Below, piece after piece: positions 12,619-23,430 of a stretch of DNA of 64,000 bases (positions are counted from its first letter, which is position 1; the number at the start of each line of letters is the position of its first letter). The stretch comes from Sminthopsis crassicaudata (Eukaryota), in contig NC_133618.1 of the NCBI RefSeq assembly GCF_048593235.1, positions 59,120,478 to 59,184,477 on the forward strand, in the 5' to 3' direction. The notes below the pieces were generated by a model. That model was not told the DNA's origin, ran no database searches, and worked only from the letters and a program-made list of their open reading frames with translations. The position numbers and the translations under genes are program-made.

Positions 12619-13830
12619 GTTTTGTTTTTTTATCCTTGTAACATCTCTCTTGTCACTTTCCCTCCTCTGTGACCAGCCTGTTTAAGGTCCCATGAATTTG
12701 TGCCTGAACTATCACAATAGATTTCTGGTGAGTCTCCTTGCCTCCAGCTGATTCTCCACTTCGATTTCAAATTGATTTTCCTTAAGTGCAAGTCTAACCC
12801 TTTGTGAGCCCCTCCTTAACAAATGGGTGCAGTTCCCTGTTGCCTTCAGGATCAAATATAAAATCCTATATTTGGCTTTTAAAACCCTTCAAAACCTGAC
12901 ATCTTGGTTCCCTTCACATACTCTGAGATCCAGTGATACTGGCCTCTGCTGTTCTTCACACTAGACCCCCATCTCCTGACTCCAGGCATTTTCACTGACT
13001 GCCTCCCATGACTCATCTCCACCTCTCAACTCCCAATTTCCCTCCAGTCCCAGCTAAAATGAATCTGTCATTTTTGCAAGAGCCTGAGAGCACCCCACCT
13101 TATTCAGTAAATATCCTGTTCACGGTCGTTCGCATATTATCTCCTGGTTCTTGAGCAGGGGATGAGTTTTTGTTTTTTTTATAAACCAGAGTTTAGCCCA
13201 GACTTGGTATTTGTACATAAATGTACATCTGTACTTGACTTTGTACATAAATGACTATAATATAAAAGGTATAATGAATAAATGCACGAGGTAGGAACAA
13301 AGCATTTACTGGAGGGAGAGCCCTGGTCTCTAGATTGGGCTTAAAGGAGTTAGGGAAAGCTGTCTGGAGGAAATGAACGGCCTTTCAGTTGGGCCTTGAC
13401 TGCCTTGTTGGTGGAAGGAAAAAAGAATCAGGAGATAATCAGTGAAAATTCACGTTAGGACACTTGCCCCTCTAAGTGCACCACCAGCCAGCATAGTTCA
13501 TGCCTCTTGTCCAAAACGGCCTCCCTTCTTTAGTTCACCAAGAATCCCTAGCTTCCCTCAAAGCTCAGCCTCTCAATGCTACTGTTGACAGGAAACCTAA
13601 CCTGCTAATTCCCTCTCCCTCTGGAAATTACTTTGAATCTACTTTGTATATCCACTTAGTATCTGATTTGTGTATCCACGTAATATTTAATTTCCTATGT
13701 ACTTTGAATCTGCTTTGTATATCATTTAGTATTTGATTTTCTATGTTCTTGTTGCTATAAAAAAAAAAGAAGAGTTTAAATTCCTTGAAGACTGGGGACT
13801 GTTTCCTTTTCTGTCTTTATAACTGGGGCC
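12320..13830 (+). mobile_element. Fragmented L2 remnants
   Basis: L2 ORF2/3' words (AGACTGAACTCATC, TCAAATATAAAATCCTATATTTGGCTTTTAAAACCC). Confidence 0.65.
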
Positions 13831-14344
13831 TAAGGCAGGATGTTTCCATCAGAATCCTTTATCTGTTCTCCAGTTATAATTTAACCAGGGTCCAAAGGAA
13901 GGATAATTTGGGGAGGAGAGAGATGTTGCTGAGAATGAGAGTGGGGAGGATGAGAGTGTTGCTGAGAATGATCTCCTTCTTTCCTTCTCAGAAATCTGTT
14001 TCTGATTGTGGAGATTTTTATAGCTTTTAGACAATTCCAGGAAAGTTTATACTTTTGGTGAGATGATAGGAGGCTGGGGAAGAGAGGTAATGGATGTCAG
14101 GAGAAAGAAGAGCATTGACAAAGCAGCATATAGGAGTACTGCATAAAATGCTTTTTCCATTATCCCTTGAGATTGGACATCCTTGCTCATCATTTCTTCC
14201 ATCCAATAACATTAGCCCTCTGGCTATTCCATGAACTATCCCTCCATCTCTTGGTTCTAGGCATTCTCTCTGGCGGAAATGAGGCTAGAGGGATGGGCTG
14301 AACACTTCATAGTGCTCTTAATAGACCATCATCAATCAATGCTA

Positions 14345-14565
14345 AAGCCATTGACTGTTTATACATATACATATTTAGACAATTATCTTGCTGCACAAGA
14401 AAAAATCAAAAAGAAAAAATGAGAAAGAAAACAGAATGCAAGCAAACAACAAAACGAGTGAAAATGATGTGTTGAAATCTACACTCAGTTCCCACAGTTC
14501 TCTCTCTGGGTGTAGATGGCTCTCTTCATCATTAGATAATTGGAACTGTGAAGAAGACATTTTGA
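14345..14565 (-). mobile_element. Marsupial L1 3'UTR fragment
   Basis: Same motif as 17150-17300 and 33540-33680 (GCAAGCAAACAACAAAA..GTGAAAATG..TG..CACTCAGTTCCCACAG). Confidence 0.7.
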
Positions 14566-14585
14566 ATGTCATTAGACTACTTTTG

Positions 14586-16240
14586 TGTAGCGGAGCACAT
14601 GGTGCTGATTATATTCCAGCTGAGATTTACATGATTAGAAGGTCCCATTGCTCATACAAAAGCTGACTGAAATTTTCAGGGTTATATGTCAAGAGGAGGT
14701 TATTCCTCAGAAATTCAAGGATGCTTCCATTGTCCATTTCTAAAAAGGTAAAGGGAATAGGTTGTTCTGTGTTAATCACAGGGGACTCTCGCTCTTAGTC
14801 ATTGCCAGCAATAGTCATTGCAGGCAAGATTCTCTCCAGAGGACTTCTTAAAAGGCTGATCCTTCACCTGGAAGAGGATCATCAACCTGATAGTGTGGCT
14901 TCAGAAGGTCTGAGGAGTAGTCGACATGGTGTTTCTTGCCCAAAAACTTCCTGAGAAACGCCAGGAGCAGAACAGAGGCTGTATACAACATTTGTAGATC
15001 TGACTAAGGCCTTGGATACTGTCAGTCATTTGCCCTTGTGGAAAATTATATCAAAATTTGGCTGCCCAGAAAAATTCATCAGTATTGCCCATCCATTTCA
15101 CGACAGCACGATTGTTTCTGGATAATGGGTGATGCTCTCAAGCTTTCCTAGTAATCAATAAGTGGAACAATGTGCTTGCTCCCATACTTTTTAGCATGCT
15201 ATTTTCAGTCATGTCCTCAAACATCTTGAATGAGGGTAAACACGGCATCAAAGCCAACCAATTTTTCAACTTGAAAAGGCTACAAGCCAAAACTAAAGTG
15301 GAAGGAGTATTTGTTTGCAGATGATTGGACACAATGCAGCCTCTGAAGCTGAGAAATAATAAAGTATGGGTCCATTTTCCTCTGCTTGTGCTAATTTTGC
15401 CAACGATGACCACCAAGAAAACAAAGGTTCTCTATTAGCCGACATTACGCCATCCATATGTGGAACCTTTGGTTACAGCAAATGGAGATGTTTTGAATGC
15501 TGTCCATAAGTTCTCTTATTTTGGCAGTATACTTTTCAGGGATGTCCACGTTGATAGTGAGATTGATTGCCCTAGTTAGATCCCCAGGGAAATAGTAGGA
15601 AGGAAGAGATATTAGACTGACTACCAAACTGAAGGTCTGCAGAGCCATTATGCCGATTTCATTGTTGTATCCTTGTGAGACCTGGAGGGTTTTTACCAGC
15701 AAATAGAATTGCTTCCATTTCAATCGTCTCAGGAAGAACTGAAGATCCTCTGGCAGGTGAGACACCAGACATTGAGATCCTTTCTTGAACTAAACTGCAG
15801 AGGGTTCTAATTCTACTGCAGAGTGCAACTCCACTGGGCTGACCATATTGTAGGAATCTCAATTGTATGCTTGCCAAAAAAGACTGTTTTATGGAGAATT
15901 CGCCCAGAGCAAGCCCTCCCAAGGAGGTCAGAAAGAGCGATACAAGTATGCTCTCAAGACCTTTAGGATTGACTCTATGACATGGAGGGTACTGGCAAAG
16001 GACTACCCAGCATGTTGTGCCCTCAGCAGAGAAGGTGCTGTGCTCTATGAGCAAAATAGAATTGAATTAGCTCAGAAGAAACTCAAGATACACAAAATGA
16101 GTGATTGCACCCCAAATGTTGATAGGCAGAGCACTCCTAGCTCATATTGATCTGATCAACCACAGTCAGACACACTGTAATGACTAATATAGTGATGTCA
16201 TTTTGGTCCTCTTCAAGTATGAAGGACAACAGCCAACCAA
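14586..16240 (+). mobile_element. 5'-truncated RTE-clade LINE with frameshifted RT
   Basis: RT motif FVDLTKALDTVS, GCPEKF, SVLSRD-like segment, PSQGGQKERYK; 3' end TGATGTCATTTTGGTCCTCTTC..GAAGGACAACAGCCAACC. Confidence 0.85.
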
Positions 16241-16409
16241 CCCCCATACCTGGAAGACTCTCTCCAGTTTCTTTTAAGTCTCATCTAAAATCCCATCTTT
16301 TACCTAGCCTTGTCCAATTCCTCTAGTCACTTTCCCTCTGATAATTTCCTATTTATCCTCTCTAGGGTTTTGCTTTCTTTATATATTTGTATATGTAAAA
16401 TTAATCTAG

Positions 16410-16950
16410 GTTCAGAATTTGTGTTCAACAGGCGCAGCTTAAAAGGGGGGATGGTGGATACCAGTTTATTATTGCTCAGAACTTTGGTTCAAACAAGACA
16501 TGGGGAAGAGGAAACTTATAACATAAAAGTAATTCACAGTCAGTCAACAAACTCAGTGATCACTACTATAACACTAAAAACAGTATAAGAAACAAACAAC
16601 ATATAGCATCACCACTCCCGGGAAAGACCAACACCTGAGTTTCTTGGCAGGGGAATCCCCTTCATAGTCTTCAGTCCCTGGGAGGGAAGGTCCCAGGCAA
16701 AATCGGCCTTCCCGGCTGAGATTACAAAGTTTCTCTCCTACTATGGGTTATTGTTATTATTACTGAAGACAAAGAAGGCATTGTGTCAAGTATTTTTGTT
16801 TGATATATGACCCATAAGACAGAGCAACCTTCCAAATGTGGGGCGCTTTTGTCTCAAGAGTCTTGCCAAGGTGAATATAGTTTATTCATTCCTCAGCATT
16901 GACTGTTTTTACTCAGGGAACTGGCCAGGTTTCTAGAGCAAAGTATATCA
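16410..16950 (-). mobile_element. Probable solo LTR
   Basis: ~550 bp non-LINE/SINE block with AATAAA near one end on the minus strand; family not recognised. Confidence 0.4.
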
Positions 16951-16959
16951 GCTGTAAAG

Positions 16960-17568
16960 GAAGTTTTTTTTTTTTTTTAAAGCTTTTTGTTTTCAAAATA
17001 TATACATGAATAATTTTCAGCATTTGCTCTTATAAAACCTTGTGTTCCAAAAATTTCCCCTCCTCTCCATCCCTTCCCCTAGATGGCAAATAATCCAATA
17101 TATGTTAAATATGTGCAATTCTTCTATACATATTTCCACAAATATAATGCTGCACAAGAAACATCAAATCCACATGGGGAAAAATGAGAAAATAAAATGC
17201 AAGCAAACAACAAAAAGAGTGAAAATGCTATGTTGTGATCCACATTCAGTTCCTGCAGTCCCCTCTCTGTGCAGATGGCTCTCCATCACTCCTGAAACTG
17301 GCCTGAATTGTTTCATTGTTGGAGAGGTCGTCCATCAGAATTGTTGTTGAAGTATATAATGATCTCGTGGTCCTGCTCATTTCACTCAGCATGAGTTCAC
17401 GTAAGTCTCTCCAGGCCTTTCTGACATCATCCTGCTGGTCATTCTTACAGAATCGTAATATGCCATAACTTACTCAACCATTCTCCAAGTGATGAGCATC
17501 CACTCAGTTTCCAGTTTCTTGCCATTACAAAAAGGGCTGCCAGGAACATTTTGGCACATGTGGGTCCC
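16960..17568 (-). mobile_element. L1 3' end (ORF2 C-terminus, 3'UTR, poly-A), truncated by the assembly gap
   Basis: GPTCAKMFLAALFVMARNWKLSGCSSLGEWLSKLW; T-run tail at ~16963. Confidence 0.9.
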
Positions 17569-17711
17569 NNNNNNNNNNNNNNNNNNNNNNNNNNNNNNNN
17601 NNNNNNNNNNNNNNNNNNNNNNNNNNNNNNNNNNNNNNNNNNNNNNNNNNNNNNNNNNNNNNNNNNNNNNNNNNNNNNNNNNNNNNNNNNNNNNNNNNNN
17701 NNNNNNNNNNN
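17569..17711. other. Assembly gap (143 N)
   Basis: Run of N. Confidence 1.
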
Positions 17712-17785
17712 GAGATCAGATTTGAACTCGGGTCCTCCTGAATTCAGGGCTGGCGCTCTGTCCACTGCGCCACCTAGCGGCCCCC
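17712..17785 (-). mobile_element. WSINE1-type SINE 5' half
   Basis: AGATTTGAACTCGGGTCCTCCTGAATTCAGGGCTGG..CCACTGCGCCACCTAGC.GCCCC. Confidence 0.85.
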
Positions 17786-18099
17786 TTAAAGGAAGGTTCT
17801 TCATGCACAGGGAGAGGGACCTTCCCTTCCTGTGCCTCCCCACATTATATCAGATAATTGCCAGTAACGTTCTTGTGCTCTTGGCAAAGAGTTAAACACA
17901 GAACACGACTGAGACTCGTTAGGATTCCTTACCCTATGTGGTGTTCTCCCCTTCTCCCCTCCCCCATGAGATGTAATCGCGGGCAGGGACTGTCATTTGC
18001 CTCTTTTTTGTATCCCTGCTGCGGAACTTCGTGCCTGGTGCATAGTAGGTGCTTAATGAGTGGTTATTGATGAATCATGCAGGTCTGAACACACATCAG

Positions 18100-19550
18100 C
18101 TGAAATCAGACTGACTGCCCGAGATTTCACAGCGACTGATGTGCGGCCGCAGCGCCATGCCTAAAACCCCAGAGACTTCTTAGAGTCTCTCTGGGCGACG
18201 CCAAGTTGGGGCACTGGGGGAATGGCTGGAGAGCACCCAGTTCCCAGACCCGAACCACTGTCCTAAACCACGGATGCGCTGGAAGGGGGGCCGCATCAGA
18301 CATTTACTATTTAGTGCCTACGGCCCGTGCGCAGGACTAGATGCCGGGATACAAGGGCAAGTAAAAGAGTCCCGGCTTTCTAGAAATTCCTAATTTAACG
18401 GGGGAAACATGCAAACATGATAAATCGGAAAATGGAAAGCGCCAGAATTAAGGAGGGGACCAGAATTAATGAATTGGCGGAGGGGGGGTGGTCAGAGCAG
18501 CCGAATGGAAATTCGAGTCTGCACCGGCTGGAGAGAGAACGGTGGGAAAGTCGGGCCCCCATCCTTCCCTGGAGAGGGCTCAGGTACCAGCCGGCCCCCC
18601 CTTTCTTTCTACGACCAGAGGAGGAGCAGCCGTTGGGGGAGGTCCCCAGTCCCCCACGCAGCCACAGAGAAGTGGGTCACCTGACCGTGAGGAGGAGCGA
18701 TCGGAGCGCGGAACCTCTCGGAAAGGGGGGTGGGGCTGGAGCCCAGGGCCGCTGCTCTTTGTCCGGCGCGAGGCCGGCCCAGGCCGGACAGCTAGCGCGC
18801 GCACAAAGAAGTCACCTTTCCATCTGGGTCAAGGGCTGGAGCTCCAGGCTTGCGGCTGGGCTGGTGCGCCACCTTGTGGACAAAGGCTGCCGGTCCACGG
18901 CCAAGTGACGCTCCCTGCCAGCGGCGCACGTGGGCTGCGGGGGCTCCGTTAGCCCCTCCCCTTTTTCCTGAGTCACCCACCCCGTGCAGGGGCCCGCCGA
19001 AATCAAACCCGCGGCTTTCCGAATAGTGCTTCAGCACGCGGGGACTGCGATTCCGTCCGCGGAGGAAAAACCCAGATAAAGGAACTATCAGTTCGGGCGG
19101 GCTAGTGTTCTCAAAGGCGCTAAGTGACGCCCGCCCCTGCCACTAGGCCACACCGCCTTTCTCCTGCCATCGAATCCATGCTTGCTGCAGATGTACTCCT
19201 CGTACGCGCCTGCGCCAGCGCCCTTCCGTTCTGGGCCTTTCTGTGAGGTGGGAGGCTGTGGTTGCCGCGTCCCGGACGGCCAGCCTGCGTCCGTCCTTCG
19301 CACCGAGTGATTTCCAAAGGTGTTTGCGGAGCTTTTTTAAAGCCAGTCCCTGGAGTTAAACTAAGCGAATCACAGCAGGATCAGAAAAAGAACCCCGAGC
19401 GTGAACTCGGGAGCCCTGGGCTCCCCGTCTCCCGCAGCTGGCTGGTGGGCCGGGAGAGCCGCAGCCCCGCGTCCACAGCGTGAGACACTTCCCTCCCAAC
19501 TCCGAAAGGCTCCCGGAGTCCCCGGCCTTATAGACAAGAAAAACACAAGA
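18100..19550. promoter_or_regulatory. Orphan CpG island with promoter-like core
   Basis: CpG-dense; GC box ~19129-19137, NRF1-type GCGCCTGCGC 19206-19215, ETS CTTCCG ~19223-19228; no recognisable gene start nearby. Confidence 0.65.
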
Positions 19551-20169
19551 ATTAATCACGTTATATATTGATTTAAGTAGGTGCTTTCTCCCAGAACTGT
19601 TAGGAGAAGCATTTTCCAAAACTCAAATAACATTTAATCAATAAACATTTGTGAACCACCTACTCTGTGCCAGGGACTGATGCCAGGAATACAAATAAAG
19701 ACCAAAAAAGTCACCGCTCTCGTGGAGTTCACAGGATGCAAACACTGTACAAATAAGATAGAGAGCGAACAAGGAGCTCTCTCTCTTTTTAATCTGTTTT
19801 TTGCAAGGCAATTGGGGTTCTGACTTGGCCAAAGTATGGGGAACGGGAGGAGGAGGTAAGGGCAGAAGGCATCCGAGTGACTGGAATTCGGAAGGGGTGG
19901 GGGAGGGGAAGCTCAGCACATGCCCTCCATTTTTTCAGTAAAACATGAGGTTCTCGAGTTTCTGGATAGAAAGGGGGCAGGAAGGAAGCCTCGAGAGCTT
20001 TGTTTGGAGGAGCTACGTCTGCTGCCTTTGTTCTAATGCTGCTGAACAGAGAAAATCTGATAGGGTCCGCTATAAATGTCACATCACCTCAAGCGGGCCC
20101 TCACCCGGCCAGGCAATCCTTTACGCCTCCCTTAACAGCTCGCATCTGGAAAAGCAGATGGCGGGACTG

Positions 20170-20520
20170 ATCCTTCTGCCTGAAGCTTGGCAGGCAAAAT
20201 CATCAGTGTGACCAGAGGGCAAGAGACAACAAAGAGCACAGGGAAGAGTTGAATTGGTTGGCCCATGGGGTCAGATGGGGAAAAGAGCGCGGTTAATTCA
20301 GGGGCATGGACTGGGAGGGAGCTGAAGTATGGAAGGCAGAGGGAGACTAAGAATCTAGGAGACTGATTAAAGAATTTCAAAGTTCACAGATATGGAAATG
20401 GTACTTTTATGGATGATGGCAAGATCAAAGGTAGGACCACTGGTGGAGAGGATGGCAAATGAGGAAGGTGATGACCTGGGAAGTTGGGGTGTTTAAGGGA
20501 CAATGGTGACGGGCTCTGGT
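20170..20520 (-). mobile_element. L2 endonuclease-region fragment
   Basis: Reverse strand reads PTFDLAIIHKSTISISVNFEIL, resembling L2 EN (TLDLAITHKC..S...NSEIPLSDH). Confidence 0.65.
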
Positions 20521-22019
20521 ACCTAAGGAGAAGCTGGGGAGGAAAGATTGTGAGCCAGGGACTGGATTCATTGAGGGAGGAAAATCTGGAGTTTCATAAA
20601 CAACAGATCCAGGATTCTGACTGGGCATACCGATCAATTCTTGAAGAACGTTTGAATTGGTCTGAATATTTGGGGGACAAAAATTGGATCTATGTAAGAA
20701 AAGTCATCAAACCCTTCAGATGATTTGAGCCTGATAGCCCAGGAGGCTCAGGAATAAAAGAAAGACCTCAAATATACAAAACATTCCGAGAAGTTTCTTT
20801 GTGTGTTTGGAAACAAAAAAATTAGAAAACCGTGGATGGCCATTGATTGAGGAAATGACCTAACATTGTAATTTATTAAATGTAATGGAATACTATTGTG
20901 TTGTGAGAAGTGATAAATGGGAGGTACTCAAAGAAATCCGGGAAGACTTTTATGAACTGAATGAATAATAGGACCATAGGCCCAGAGTCGGACGAGGCCT
21001 CAGAGACCATCTATCCCTATGTGCTCATTTTACAATTGGCTCAGATGGAAGTAAGTATCACTGGGGGAACAATCTGCACAATCACTCTAATTATATGAAT
21101 GAAAACAATACTACCAGGAAGCCAGACTCAAGCTAATTGCATGAGCAATCTTGGTTCCTCCTTCAGAGAAATGTGAGTGTTCAGCGTTGCAAAAGCGTTG
21201 ATCACTGGTTTGATTTTGTTGAAATAACTTTCTTTGTTAAGAGTTCAGGTTTGGGAAAAGAGTATTGGAAGATAGGACAGTGGTCTAAAACACGTGGACT
21301 GTCAACAGGCCATCACAACATCAGGAGACTTATGTGAAAACCAGGTTTAATTCAAGAGAAATGAACATGCATATGGAACCCAGAGTTCCCAGTCCTTATA
21401 GAAATTTGCACGTTAATGCCAGTATAACAAAAGGGGGAGGAGAAAGCAGGAAGGGGTATGTAACATGGGAGGGAATGGGTGCAATAATTTCTCCCAACGG
21501 GAGAGGCAAGGGCCATGCCAAAAGCCAAAGTCTTTTCCCTTGGGAACTGCTGGACTATGAAGATAAGAGAGTCCATTTATCTGCAGAAGACCTCAGGGGC
21601 TCAGGCATTTCCCCAGCATGGTACGGACTGGCTGGCACACAGGGGATCCAGCTTGGGGTGCAAACACCAAATTATGTCAGCTGGGGTGGGGAGGCAAGCA
21701 CAGTGGTGGGCTCTGTCCTTGACACATTCAGGATGTGGTCTGTGTTTCTGGAAAATGAAAATTCAAAAAGTAAGTTCAGGGGAGCCCTTAATAACAGAAT
21801 GGAGCCAGATTTTATACTGGCCAAAAATGTATTTTGTTGCCGGTTTTTTTTTTTTTTTTTAATTGGCATAGTAAAGTCCAGATGTAAACTAGGTGAGTGA
21901 AGAAAAAAATGGTCTTGTTTCCTTACATTTGCCTTTTGTTCTGGTTCAAATTTATTTTCATGCTGAGGCAGAAGGGTTGTAGGGAATATCTTGCTCTAAG
22001 GGAGCTAGGTGGCTGGAAC

Positions 22020-22200
22020 AGGTCGTCATCTGGCTCATTTGCCATCCCCCCTCCACCCGCGGTCCGATCTCTGGTCTTGCCAACGTCCATAAAAGCACCA
22101 TTTCCATGTCCATGGACTTTGAAGTTCTTAATCTGATCACAGTCTACCAGATTCTTAGTCTTCCTCCGCTTTCCGTTACCCAACTCTGTGAAACTCTGTG
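22020..22200 (+). mobile_element. L2 endonuclease-region fragment, inverted relative to 20170-20520
   Basis: CTTGCCAACGTCCATAAAAGCACCATTTCCATGTCCATGGACTTTGAAGTTC aligns to the reverse complement of 20340-20480. Confidence 0.6.
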
Positions 22201-22789
22201 GAACATCTGCTGCTGAACAAAGGGCTCACTCCCAGCTTCCATGGTGAGCACAAACGCAGGCATTCACACCTTTGACCGTCGTCCCCATAACTTTTGGACC
22301 TTTCGGGTTCTGATCCAGAACTCCTTTAGGAGGAGTCTACCCTCAGTCATGGCTAGGTGTCACCACGGAAGACGATCTAAATTCTAAAACAGCCTCAGAC
22401 TCCTACTAGCTGTGTGACCCTGTGCAAGTCTCTTCACCCTCTTTGCCTCAGTTTCCTTATCTGTAAAATGAGGATAACTGCATCTGCCTCCCAGGGTTGT
22501 TGTGAATATCTGTAAGTGGGTGCACTTCTTTACTTTCCCCTTAGTCCATCATCTCTGCCTCTGCTTTTGTCCTCCTAAATATAGATATTCCCCCCCAAAA
22601 AATGAAAATGTAAAAATATAAAAAAACAAAAAAAATTTTCCCCTCACTGAGACCCGTAGTCACTCTACCCTTTTTCCTATTTCCCAGGGCACCAATCTTT
22701 GAAATCGTCTAGTTACCAGCTCAGTTTTATACCCCTTGTCCTATACATTTTGGGGGGGCCTGTGGAGAGACAATTGGGGTTAAGCGATT

Positions 22790-23400
22790 GTCCGGGATCC
22801 CATAGCAAGGGATTAAGTGTCTGATTTGAACTCAGGCCCCTCTGTGCGTCTAGTTGCCCGGGCACATACTTTCCCCACCCCCATTCTTGGCCTCTGCCGG
22901 GTTTGTGTACGTAAAAGGGGCCGCCAGCTCGCTTTGAGCCCGGACACTTTCCAGCTCTGCGCCTCCGCAGTCCGCAGACCACCGTGGCCGGGGTGGAGAA
23001 CAAGCCCAACAGGCCCGCTGCGCATGGGCAGTTACCTCGGGACCCAAACCGCAGAGTCGTCCGCGGACGAGTCGGAGGCGCCAGACGTCACCTGGCCGTC
23101 TCCCGGACTAATCGGCGGCCCCTCCCCCAGGTGCGCGCCCTGGCCCCCCCTCCCGATCTCTTCCCCCAGGGCAAGCTGGGTCCGTAGGTGTGCCCGCTGC
23201 GGCCGCCGGTGCCGGCCGGTCTAAGGCAGGGAGTCTCCGGACAGGCGAAGGGAGTGTCCCTCCCCGGGCCCTCAGTAAGCACATCTTTGCTGTGAACGGA
23301 CTGTGTCCTCGAACTGACCAGCCGAAAAGTCTGCGTCTGTGGAGACTCTAGAGCCGCGGTTTTCGGTGGCTGTGGACCCACCGAAGACATGGAGTGGGGT
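22790..23400. promoter_or_regulatory. Second orphan CpG island
   Basis: CpG-dense; TGCGCATGG (NRF1-like) 23019-23027, GACGTCA (CRE-like) 23084-23090. Confidence 0.6.
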
Positions 23401-23430
23401 GTCCACCAGCCAAAGGGGTAGCAGGACTCC

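Noticed and set aside
19029-19038. CGTGCTGAAG on the minus strand, resembling the 5' end of RNase MRP RNA
   Set aside because: Only a 10-nt match; no correctly spaced P4 elements and no type-3 Pol III promoter.
19540-19600. PSE-like and TATA-like words on the minus strand suggesting a Pol III gene starting GGCCGGG
   Set aside because: PSE-TATA spacing is ~3 nt rather than ~16 nt, and a T5 terminator lies before the putative start.
20484-20723. 79-aa protein-like ORF (..DSDWAYRSILEERLNWSEYLG..)
   Set aside because: Starts at TTG with no ATG, adjoins an antisense L2 fragment, and has no recognisable homology.
21334-21900. 188-aa + strand ORF
   Set aside because: Starts at GTG, runs through a poly-T tract, and shows no domain signal; likely chance.
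21923-22183. 86-aa minus-strand ORF (GNGKRRKTKNLVDCDQIKNFKVHGHG..), first considered as a viral or novel exon
   Set aside because: It is the antisense reading of an L2 endonuclease fragment; the paralogous copy at 20.4 kb has in-frame stops.
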